Positions 1 through 8,836 of a stretch of DNA of 38,169 nucleotides are shown in pieces (the first letter of the stretch is position 1; each line of letters starts with the position of its first letter). Below the pieces are notes generated by a model, which made no database searches, was not told where the DNA came from, and saw only the letters and a list, made by a program, of their open reading frames with translations. The stretch lies in contig JBDHJS010000036.1 of assembly GCA_039586795.1 (NCBI GenBank), positions 1 through 38,169 of the forward strand, read 5' to 3'. This stretch comes from Gemmatimonadota bacterium (GTDB lineage Bacteria; Gemmatimonadota; Gemmatimonadetes; Palauibacterales; KS3-K002). A program made the translations under genes and the position numbers.

Positions 1-840
1 GAGCCGCGCTTCTGGCCGAGCGCTGCGCTGGCCGCCACGATCGTTCTCACGATGCAGTTGCACGCCTCGTTCATGGTGCTGGTGGTGGCGACGGCGGCCC
101 TGATGGGGATGAAGAAGCTACGGCTGAATCTCTGGGGCACCGCGGTCGGCGTCCTCGCCGGGTGTCTCACGCTGATCCCGACCGCGATGGCGTTTTTCAA
201 CGGGAGCCTTGCCCGGCTGGCGCCGACCTGGGGAGGCGATCTGCCCCCCGTGGTGGGCAACGCTTTCAAGGGGCTGACTTACTGGTTCCGGTTTGGCAGC
301 CTGGATGCCGGGCGTCGGCTTCACGAGGCGGTGCGTCTGGCGGATGCCAACCTGGGCGGGTCCGCCTGGCTGCCCCTGGCGAAGGGCCTGTTGATGGGGC
401 TGATCGGTATCGCCGTGGTCTCGATCTTGATCGCGGTCCTGGCCTCCTGGGAATATTTCCGCCGCAAGAACGCCGACTCGGGCCGCGCCGGTGAAGACCC
501 GGCCTGGGTTCGGTCCTACGCGCTGGCTTTCCTGATCACGATCGTCCTCGCCTCAGCGATCTCGCCGGTGACGGTTCAGTCGTGGCACGTCATCATCACG
601 CTGCACGCGGCCTGCATCCCCGTGGCGTTCTGGTTGGAGCGCCACCTGCTTGGGGATCGGTCGTGGCGACGCCCGATTGCAGCGGCGTTCGTGCCGCTAC
701 TCGTGGTCGCGGCGCTGGTCGCGACGCTCGCCAGCTTCATGTACCGGCGGCCAAGCGACGTTAACGTCATGACGGAGCAGGTACCCGCCGAGTTGACCCC
801 CTTGTTCCCTTCCCTCCGCGCTCTCGAGGAAGACCGCTAG
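1..840 (+). CDS. Polytopic membrane protein, 5'-truncated by the window edge; possibly GT-C/ArnT-like glycosyltransferase
   Basis: The frame is open from base 1 (EPRFWPSAALAATIVLTMQLHAS...) and has many hydrophobic helices. The family guess is weak. Confidence 0.55.
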   Translation, partial: EPRFWPSAALAATIVLTMQLHASFMVLVVATAALMGMKKLRLNLWGTAVGVLAGCLTLIPTAMAFFNGSLARLAPTWGGDLPPVVGNAFKGLTYWFRFGSLDAGRRLHEAVRLADANLGGSAWLPLAKGLLMGLIGIAVVSILIAVLASWEYFRRKNADSGRAGEDPAWVRSYALAFLITIVLASAISPVTVQSWHVIITLHAACIPVAFWLERHLLGDRSWRRPIAAAFVPLLVVAALVATLASFMYRRPSDVNVMTEQVPAELTPLFPSLRALEEDR

Positions 841-847
841 GACGCCT

Positions 848-883
848 TCGCTGCGCAACAACCGCGCAACATGTGCGCAGCGA
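848..883. other. 12-bp perfect inverted repeat (stem-loop) between the upstream CDS and guaA
   Basis: TCGCTGCGCACA (848-859) pairs with TGTGCGCAGCGA (872-883). Confidence 0.6.
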
Positions 884-962
884 TGCCCGGAGGCATTGCG
901 CCAGGCCGGGTTCTCTAGCTATTTGAGGGAACGGTCAAAAAGTTCGCCCCAACGAGGAGCCA

Positions 963-2685
963 ATGCAGCACGATGCCATCGCCGTCATCGATTTTGGCGG
1001 CCAGTACGCACACCTCATAGCCACAAAAGTCCGCCGCCTGGGCGTGTTGGCAGAGATCCGCCAGCCCGAGGACCCCATCGAGGCCTTCGCACCCTACAAA
1101 GGGATCATCGTCTCCGGCAGCCCGAGCCTCGCCTCGCACGGAGAGGATTCGGACTACACCCGGGCGATCTACGACCTGGATATGCCGATCGTCGGCTTCT
1201 GCTTCGGCCACCAGGAGATCGCCAAGCACTACGGCGGCGAGGTGATTCATGGCGGGCGACAGTGGGGTCGGGCCGATCTCCACCTGGCCGGCGAGCACCC
1301 GCTGTTCAAGGGTCTGGGGCCCACGGAGCCGGTCTGGATGAGCCACTACGACAGCGTCGTGTCGGTGGGGCCGGAGTTTCAGGAGTTGGGCTGGAGCGAG
1401 ACGACGGAAGGCGGCCCGGACCACCGGTTCGCGGCGATCGGGTCGGATTCGCTGCGCCGCTATGGCTTCCAGTTTCACCCGGAAGTGGACGACACGGTCC
1501 ACGGCAACGAGATGATCGCGAACTTCGTGTTCGAGATCTGCGGCTGCCGTCCAACCTGGTCGATGGACGCGTTCATGGAAGAGGAGATGCGGAAGATCCA
1601 GGAGCAGGTGGGCGATCGCGCCGTGTTTCTTTTGGCCTCGGGCGGCGTGGATTCGACGGTGGCGGCGACGCTGCTGGCCCGGGCGCTGGGTCCGGAGCGG
1701 GTGGATCTTCTCCACGTGGATAACGGCCTGATGCGGAAAGACGAGAGCGCCCAAGTGATCGAGTTCTTCCGCGGATTGGGCCTGGGATCCCACGTTCATT
1801 TCATCGATGCCAGCGACCGCTTCCTGGCCGAGCTGGATGGCCTCATCGAGCCGGAAGAGAAACGCCGCGCCATTGGCGACGCGTTCATCGCGGTCTTCCG
1901 GGACGAAGCGGAGCGGCTGGGGCTGCACGACCATCTCCTCGGGCAGGGCACGATCTACCCGGACACGATCGAGACGGGCGGAACGAAGCGCGCCGACACG
2001 ATCAAGACGCACCACAACCGGGTGCCGGTGATCGATGAGATGATCGCGGCGGGCCGCGTCGTCGAGCCGTTGGCCGAGCTGTACAAGGTCGAGGTTCGCG
2101 AGCTGGGCGAGAAGTTGGGGATCCCGCATGACCTGGTGTGGCGGCACCCCTTCCCCGGCCCCGGCCTGGGCGTGCGGCTGTTGTGCGGAGACGGCGAAGG
2201 GGACGTGGACGGCCTGGAGGAGATCGCACCTCTCGTCGCCGAAGTCGGGCGCGCTCACAAAGTCGATGCCGAGGTGCTGCCGATCCGGTCAGTCGGAGTG
2301 AAAGCGGACCTGCGCGCCTACGAGCACCCGGTCCTGTTGAGCGGCGATGCATCCTGGGAGTCACTACTGGCGGCGGCTTCCGTTCTGACCGCGGAGGTTC
2401 CGGGCATCAATCGCTGCATCTGGAATCTGGGAAACGGAACGCCGGCAACGGCAGTTCCACTGGCCGCTTCGGTGACCCGGGCACGGCTCGATCTGTTACG
2501 CGAGGCCGACCATATCGTCATGGAGGGCCTCAGGCGTCACAACCTGTACGACGAGATCTGGCAGTGTCCCACCGTGCTGGTCCCATTGGACCTGGTCGGT
2601 GCATGATGTGCTGGCGCTCGACGGCGTCTCCGGGCTCGCCCTCGACCTGACCTCGAAGCCGCCGGGCACGATCGAATGGGAATGA
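963..2685 (+). CDS. guaA: GMP synthase (glutamine-hydrolysing), long form; the ORF stops at 2606 and the conserved C-terminus lies in the +1 frame (2605-2685)
   Basis: IDFGGQY, GFCFGHQ, QFHPEV (GATase triad), SGGVDS, HVDNGLMRK, QGTIYPDTIE, IKTHHN and RHPFPGPGL are present. DLTSKPPGTIEWE* is out of frame. Confidence 0.95.
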
Positions 2686-2694
2686 GGTGACCTC

Positions 2695-3339
2695 GTGACA
2701 ACGAACCGAACTTCGACTGCGACGTGGGCCCTGTTCGCAGCAAGCACCGGTGCAGCCGGCGTGCTCGCCTACTTCGGCGCCGCGTTCCTTCCCGTACCTG
2801 ACGCCGTCGGCCGCCTACTCGCGTTCGCGTTCGGACCGCTCCTCGGGTTCTCGTTCCTCGGGATGTATCGGTACATGTCGGAATATCGGGACGGCCCGGT
2901 CCTGCAGGTCGCGACGCTGTCCGGGATCATCGCAGGAGCGCTGGTCACGGCGATGTTGGTGGTTCAAGTCGGAAACAACATGGTTCGGCGGGAGGGCCTG
3001 GCGGAAGCCGAGACCGAAGCGGCACGCGAGACGGTGCTGCTCGCCTGGCGTGCAGTGAATCGCGTTCAGTACCTGCTGGACGTAGTGTGGGACATCTTCA
3101 TCTGCGTCGCGGCCATTCTGCTGGCCATCGCGATGCTCAGCCATCCGAGATTCGGGAAGATCTGGGGTGGGCTCGGTATCGTGGCCGGGGCGCTCCTGCT
3201 CTACTTCAACATGTACACCTTCCCCTACGGGCCCGGCGATGTCGGCTCTATCGATTGGGGCCCGCTGCTGGCGCTGTGGTTCCTGGCGGTCTTCGTCCGG
3301 ATGTTCTTCCTGGCCAAGCGGCAACCAGCGGACACCTAG
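2695..3339 (+). CDS. Multi-pass membrane protein (DUF4386-like)
   Basis: About 6 hydrophobic segments; GAGGTG Shine-Dalgarno before the GTG start. Confidence 0.6.
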   Translation: MTTNRTSTATWALFAASTGAAGVLAYFGAAFLPVPDAVGRLLAFAFGPLLGFSFLGMYRYMSEYRDGPVLQVATLSGIIAGALVTAMLVVQVGNNMVRREGLAEAETEAARETVLLAWRAVNRVQYLLDVVWDIFICVAAILLAIAMLSHPRFGKIWGGLGIVAGALLLYFNMYTFPYGPGDVGSIDWGPLLALWFLAVFVRMFFLAKRQPADT

Positions 3340-3382
3340 ACGCTCGGCAGACCTCTACTCGATCGACTTGGCTCTCCAAGAA

Positions 3383-3416
3383 GAGAAGGGCGGCTTCCTC
3401 AGAAGCCGCCCTTCTC
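3383..3416. terminator. Probable intrinsic terminator between convergent genes
   Basis: 15-bp perfect stem GAGAAGGGCGGCTTC-ctca-GAAGCCGCCCTTCTC, followed by TTCTT on the minus strand. Confidence 0.8.
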
Positions 3417-3455
3417 AGTGCGAGCGATTGTTTATCTATTACTAGGTAAAGCTGA

Positions 3456-3980
3456 TCAGCCGCAATAGAAAATGGTCCCCGGATCACGTTCCACCGCGAC
3501 ATCACCGTTCGCGTTGATTGTTACGTGGAATTGCAGCTTGAAATGAACGTTGTTCTTCTGGCCACTAGTGATCCAAAGCTGGGTCAGCTCGAAATGGCCG
3601 ACAAACGCGCCGTTTGCGGTCTCCTGCAAGGGGCCATTGAAACCCACAATGCTCCGCCCTACCAACTGATACCTCTTGCCCGTATCGAGTCCGGTCCCCG
3701 ACACACCTACGAAATTCGCCGATCCGTTAAGGTGAGCACCGCCGGCGGCATCGTGCGTCTCATGGAAGATGAAGTGGAGCTCGCCTTCCATCTGAACGAG
3801 CTCACCACTACACGTGTTGTTCACCAACGGACTGAATGGAAACTTAACGTTATCGGTGAACTGACTCGCAGACTGCTGAATCGATAGACCGGGCATCGCT
3901 TGCGGCTCCGTGGTCTGCTCAGAGCACGCCACCACGCCGAACACGAATGCGACGGCCATTGCCTGCGACAACTTGCGCAT
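3456..3980 (-). CDS. Hypothetical beta-rich lipoprotein
   Basis: Signal peptide with lipobox VVAC; AGGAG Shine-Dalgarno upstream. Confidence 0.75.
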   Translation of the reverse strand: MRKLSQAMAVAFVFGVVACSEQTTEPQAMPGLSIQQSASQFTDNVKFPFSPLVNNTCSGELVQMEGELHFIFHETHDAAGGAHLNGSANFVGVSGTGLDTGKRYQLVGRSIVGFNGPLQETANGAFVGHFELTQLWITSGQKNNVHFKLQFHVTINANGDVAVERDPGTIFYCG

Positions 3981-4358
3981 GGACTATCTCCTTGGTTGGG
4001 GTATGTCGCGGGCCTTGTGACCCGCGGCTCGCACTTAGATCCACGAATTCCGGGCCCGAACGTTAATGTTCGAGCTCGAAAGACTACAGCATGTGTACTG
4101 GGATGGACGGGCGGTGGGCATGGGGCTACGCGCACGAGGGCCGTCCGCGGGCGTTCACCGCTCAGACAAGCGGCATAACTCCCTTAGTTCTCCCGATAGA
4201 CTCAGAGGAGATTGAAACGCCAGGAACGCGACAGTATACGAGCCGGGGTGTCCAGTGACAAGGGGGTGGGGCGGTTGCCGCGGGCACGTCGCAGCCCACT
4301 GGCCGCACGCCGCCGGCCGGCCTATTCTGTGATCGGCACCCCGTACAAGGAGAAAGCC

Positions 4359-6323
4359 GTGCGGAAGAAGAGAATCCGCGGTTCGAGTACCGCAGTGCTG
4401 ATGTTCGTCCTAGCGTCGTTGCTCGCGCTACCCGCGGCGGGCGAAGCGCAGTCGACGGCGTATCTGGACTTCGACGACCTGACGAGCGAGCTGCGGTCGC
4501 TGGTCAACAGCTCGGACATGGCCGAGATGCGCTCGCTGGGTGAGACCATCGAGGGTCGCGAGATCTGGGTTGTGGAGATCGCCAATCGATCGGGTAAGCC
4601 GTTGGAGGAACGCCCCGCCCTGCTGGTGGTGGGGAACCTCGAGGGCAACCATCTGGTCGGCAGCGCTCTGGCGCTGGAGATCATCCGATACTTCGTGGAC
4701 GGAGCTGGAGACGATGAGGTCGCTTCGATCCTCAACGACCAGGTGATCTACGTCTTCCCGCGCCTCAATCCCGACGGCGCGGAAGCGATGTTCGCGTCCG
4801 TCAGAGCGGAGCGTATGAAGAACGCGCACCCGTTCGATGATGACAATGACGGTCGAATCGACGAGGACGGTCCGGAAGATCTGAACGGAGATGGTGTCAT
4901 CACCGTCATGCGGGTCCCCGATCCATCAGGCGACTACATGATCGATCCGCAGGACCCGCGTCTGATGAAGCGCGCCGACGCCAGCAAGGGCGAAGAGGGT
5001 TCGTACGCAATCTACTGGGAGGGCAACGACTCGGACGGCGACGGCTTCTACAACGAGGACGGCCCCGGCGGCGTCGACCCGAACCGCAATTTCCAGCACG
5101 AGTATCCTTACTGGGAGCACGATGCGGGTCGCTACATGGTCAGCGAAACCGAGACTCGGGCGCTGATGGACTTCGTGATCGCGCAGCGCAACATCGGCGC
5201 GATCCTCGCCTTCGGGCTAACCGACAACCTGGTGACGCCGCCCGACTCGAGGGGCAACCTGGCCGACGCCGCGATGCTCGATCTGCCGGCGTTTGCCGAT
5301 GCATCGAACGCCGGGGTGTTCGAGGTGGGCGTCTTCCAGACTCAACGTTCGTTCGGGTTCGGGTTCTTCGGCTTCGGCCCCTTTGGGGGTGGCGGTTCGG
5401 GCTTCCGGGGCGCGCAGCTGGGCCGTGACAACGACCCGAACGCGGGCCGGCGGCCGGCGACGACGGTGAACTCCGGGGACCTGGAGTACTTCAAGACGGT
5501 GTCGGAGGCGTACAAGTCGATCACGGGGATCACCTCAGTGGGAATCCACCGGAAGCCGGCGGGCGCCTTCTTCCAGTTCGGCTACTTCCAGTACGGCGTT
5601 CCTGCGTTCAGCACGCCGGGTTGGGGGCTGCCCTCCGGCCCCGCGGCTGAGGAGGAAGGCGGCGAAGCCGGGGCCGCGCAGGCTGGTGCCGGCGCACGAC
5701 CCGAAGCAGCGGCCATGCGACCCGGGGGCGGCGGCGCCCGTCCTGGCGGCGCGAGACAGCGCCCGGGAGGCGGCGGCGAGCCGTCCGGCCTGGACGCCAA
5801 GCTGCTCGCCGCGATGGATTCCGCCGGTATAGACGCGTTCGTGGATTGGAGCGCCTACGCGCACCCCGAGCTTGGTGACGTGGAGATCGGCGGCTTCCTG
5901 CCCTATGCAACGACGAACCCACCCGCGGAGGAACTCGCGGAGCTGGGACAGAAGCACGGCGAGTTCGCGGCGCGCTTGGCGGGGATGCTGCCGCGCGTGA
6001 CCATCGTCGAGACCGAAGTGACCGCCCACGGCGGCGGTCTGTTCACCGTGGCGGTGGAGGTGGAGAACTCGGGATACTTCCCCACCGCACTCCGACACGG
6101 TGTCATGTCGCGCTCCGTTCAACCCACTACGGTGCAGATCCAGATTCCGCCGGAAGACGTGATCACCGGCGCGTCGAAGACGAGCACCATCCAGACGCTC
6201 AACGGCTCTAACGGCCGCGAGCGCTTCGAGTGGGTGATCCGGGGAAGCGACGGTGCGCGCGTCGAGATCACGGTGCGCGCGCAAAAAGGTGGGACCGATA
6301 GTGCCACGGTGACGCTGAGGTAA
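4359..6323 (+). CDS. Secreted M14 carboxypeptidase homologue, probably non-catalytic
   Basis: GTG at 4359 follows AAGGAG. Signal peptide, LGETIEGREIW, PRLNPDG, DPNRNF and DxDxDG loops are present. The Zn motif reads EGNH instead of HGNE. Confidence 0.85.
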   Translation: MRKKRIRGSSTAVLMFVLASLLALPAAGEAQSTAYLDFDDLTSELRSLVNSSDMAEMRSLGETIEGREIWVVEIANRSGKPLEERPALLVVGNLEGNHLVGSALALEIIRYFVDGAGDDEVASILNDQVIYVFPRLNPDGAEAMFASVRAERMKNAHPFDDDNDGRIDEDGPEDLNGDGVITVMRVPDPSGDYMIDPQDPRLMKRADASKGEEGSYAIYWEGNDSDGDGFYNEDGPGGVDPNRNFQHEYPYWEHDAGRYMVSETETRALMDFVIAQRNIGAILAFGLTDNLVTPPDSRGNLADAAMLDLPAFADASNAGVFEVGVFQTQRSFGFGFFGFGPFGGGGSGFRGAQLGRDNDPNAGRRPATTVNSGDLEYFKTVSEAYKSITGITSVGIHRKPAGAFFQFGYFQYGVPAFSTPGWGLPSGPAAEEEGGEAGAAQAGAGARPEAAAMRPGGGGARPGGARQRPGGGGEPSGLDAKLLAAMDSAGIDAFVDWSAYAHPELGDVEIGGFLPYATTNPPAEELAELGQKHGEFAARLAGMLPRVTIVETEVTAHGGGLFTVAVEVENSGYFPTALRHGVMSRSVQPTTVQIQIPPEDVITGASKTSTIQTLNGSNGRERFEWVIRGSDGARVEITVRAQKGGTDSATVTLR

Positions 6324-6328
6324 CGACC

Positions 6329-8113
6329 ATGGACCGCGAAAAGAGAAATAGAGCGATGAAGATGATAAGGATGACGCTGGCCATGATCGTCGTGACGTTC
6401 GTCGGCGTTGCGGAATTGAGCGCTCAGGGTGGCTCCGATCCGGAGCACCGCCTCGACCTTACGTGGGATCGCTGGCTCGATCACGAAGAAGTCGGCGAAC
6501 GGCTGGAGTTGATGGCGGACACATGGCCGGAGTTTCTGACGCTGCAATCTCTGGGCGAGAGCTACGGTGGCCGCGACATGTGGCTGATGACGATCAACAA
6601 CCCGCGGACCGGCGATGAGATGGAGAAGGCGGCCATGTTCATCGAGGCCAACGTCCACGGGAACGAGATCCAGGGCGCCGAGGTCTGTTTGTACACGATC
6701 TGGTACCTGATGGAGAACTACGATCGCATCGCCGAGGTCAAGCGCATCGTCGATGAGCGGGTCTTCTACATCCTTCCGTCGGTGAACCCGGATGGGCGCG
6801 ACTACTTCATGCACGAGACGGGCTCCGGCGCCCGCACCGGTCATGTGCCGGTGGACAGCGACGGGGACGGTTTGGTCGACGAAGACGGGCCCGACGATCT
6901 GAACGGGAACGGCGTGATCGAGCAGATCCGCAAGTACGTTCCGGGTGAAGGAACCCATCGCATCAGCCACGACGACCCAAGAATCATGGAGAGGGTCCCG
7001 TCAGGCGAGTTCGGCGATTGGGTGCTGCTGGGCTCCGAGGGCTTGGACAACGATGGCGACGGCCGGGTGAACGAGGATCCGGTGGGCGGCTACGACCCGA
7101 ACCGCAACTACGGCTCGGACTGGCAGCCGAACTACATCCAGGGCGGTTCGATGAACTATCCGTTCGAGCTACCGGAGACGCGCTCGATCAACGATTTCTG
7201 GATGACGCATCCCAACATCGCCGGCGTCCAGTCGTACCATAATTCGGGAGGGATGATTCTTCGGGGACCGGGCATGGCGTGGTACGGTCGGTATCCGCCC
7301 GAGGACATTCGGGTTTACGACGAGTTAGGCGAGAACGGCGAGCGCATCCTTCCCTACTACAACTACTACATCATCTGGCAGGGGCTCTACACGGTGCACG
7401 GCGGCTCCATCGATTGGACCAACGACGGAATGGGCGCCATCTCGTTTTCGAACGAACTGTGGAGTCGCGGACAGTACTTCAACAGCCCGCTCCTGCAGGA
7501 GCAGGGACAGGATCCCAGCTCACCGATCTCGGGGCAGAAGTCGCGCTTCTTCTTCGACGATTTCGTTGAGCTCGGCGATAACTACGTGGAGTGGGCGCCG
7601 TTCGATCATCCAGAGTATGGCGCGGTGGAGATGGGCGGCTGGAAGCGCTACTCCGGGCGGATCAATCCACGGTTCATGGGTATGGAGCTCTTCCACCGGA
7701 ACATGGCGTTCACCCTCTATCACGCCGATCAGATGCCGTTGATGACGATGGGCGAAACCATGGTGGAGCGCGTGGGCGGCAACGTCTACAAGGTGCGGCT
7801 GGATATCCGCAACGAGCGGGTGATCCCGACGGTCACGGTTCGCGGGAGGGAGAACAAGGTGGTGCGTCCGGATCTACTCACCGTGGACGGCAACGTGGAG
7901 ATCATCGCCGCGAGTTGGGTGCCGGACAAGCATCGGCCGGGGCCGACGCAGATCATCGATCAAGAGGAGTTGGATCGGATCATGATTCGGAGTGGGGCGC
8001 CGGGGCGGACGACGCGGACGATCGAGTATCTGGTTCGCGGGTCGGGGTCGATGACGGTGACGTACTCCGCTGTGAAGGGCGGGACGGTCTCACGCACCGT
8101 CCAGCTGCGCTAG
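6329..8113 (+). CDS. Secreted M14 family zinc carboxypeptidase (start may be 6356)
   Basis: HGNE, VNPDG, DPNRNY, SYHNSGG, FSNELW, DxDxDG loops and a signal peptide. Confidence 0.9.
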   Translation: MDREKRNRAMKMIRMTLAMIVVTFVGVAELSAQGGSDPEHRLDLTWDRWLDHEEVGERLELMADTWPEFLTLQSLGESYGGRDMWLMTINNPRTGDEMEKAAMFIEANVHGNEIQGAEVCLYTIWYLMENYDRIAEVKRIVDERVFYILPSVNPDGRDYFMHETGSGARTGHVPVDSDGDGLVDEDGPDDLNGNGVIEQIRKYVPGEGTHRISHDDPRIMERVPSGEFGDWVLLGSEGLDNDGDGRVNEDPVGGYDPNRNYGSDWQPNYIQGGSMNYPFELPETRSINDFWMTHPNIAGVQSYHNSGGMILRGPGMAWYGRYPPEDIRVYDELGENGERILPYYNYYIIWQGLYTVHGGSIDWTNDGMGAISFSNELWSRGQYFNSPLLQEQGQDPSSPISGQKSRFFFDDFVELGDNYVEWAPFDHPEYGAVEMGGWKRYSGRINPRFMGMELFHRNMAFTLYHADQMPLMTMGETMVERVGGNVYKVRLDIRNERVIPTVTVRGRENKVVRPDLLTVDGNVEIIAASWVPDKHRPGPTQIIDQEELDRIMIRSGAPGRTTRTIEYLVRGSGSMTVTYSAVKGGTVSRTVQLR

Positions 8114-8127
8114 TCAATTGAAAGGTG

Positions 8128-8165
8128 ACGCTCGCGCCGCGACTTGAGCTCGCTGGCGCGAGCGT
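8128..8165 (+). terminator. GC-rich stem-loop after the M14 pair (possible terminator)
   Basis: ACGCTCGCGCC (8128-8138) pairs with GGCGCGAGCGT (8155-8165), with an inner GCGA/TCGC stem. The U-tract is weak. Confidence 0.5.
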
Positions 8166-8326
8166 TCTCCGAGTCCGGTCGTAGCGCATTCTCGAACAAA
8201 CGAACACGGTGGGAGACAGCGACTCGTTCACGGGTTGGCCACAGGCATGAGCACTAGCTCCGTTACGTGGCGCAGCCATGGCACACGGGCGTTCAGCGTT
8301 GGGAAGGCACCGACGGAGTACACGAC

Positions 8327-8836
8327 ATGGCGCAAATTGATGAACCTCTATTCGACGGTAATGGCGGCGATGTTCCCGACAACCAACCGCCTGATTTGTC
8401 GGATAGAATCCGAGACCTTCTGGCGAGCCAGCCTTATGCCGTGCTTTGCACCCAGGGCGAGGGCCAGCCGTACGGTTCGGTCGTAGCATTCGCGTTCTCC
8501 GATGACCTCAGGTATGCGGTCTTCGCAACGCCAGTGGCGACCAGGAAGTACCGCTTGCTGACCGAATGCGACCATGTCGCACTGGTGATTGACGATCGGG
8601 CGACGCAGTCGGAGAACTTGACGGAAATCCAGGCCGTCACGGTCACGGGGCGCGCACACGAGGTTGGCGACGAGGATGAGGTCGATCGCTGGGCTACGCT
8701 GCTGGTCAACCGACATCCCCTTTTGAAGTCGTTCGTCGCAGCACGCTCGTGCGCCGTGTTTCGTGTCGATACGGTCCGTTTCTTTCACGTGAGTCGGTTT
8801 CAGGAAGTGAACCAGTGGCGGCCGACCGCAAGCTAG
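8327..8836 (+). CDS. Pyridoxamine 5'-phosphate oxidase-like (split-barrel flavin-binding) protein
   Basis: AVLCTQGEGQPYGSVV, FATPVATRKYRLL and VALVIDDR motifs; GGAG before ATG 8327. Confidence 0.85.
   Translation: MAQIDEPLFDGNGGDVPDNQPPDLSDRIRDLLASQPYAVLCTQGEGQPYGSVVAFAFSDDLRYAVFATPVATRKYRLLTECDHVALVIDDRATQSENLTEIQAVTVTGRAHEVGDEDEVDRWATLLVNRHPLLKSFVAARSCAVFRVDTVRFFHVSRFQEVNQWRPTAS

Noticed and set aside
915..2258. Long antisense or alternate-frame ORFs (also 27016-28092, 32236-33435, 6119-6970 and others)
   Set aside because: These are shadows of real high-GC genes and carry no protein motifs.
8192..8206. CGAACAAACGAACA as an SOS box
   Set aside because: It matches neither GAAC-N4-GTTC nor GAAC-N7-GAAC.
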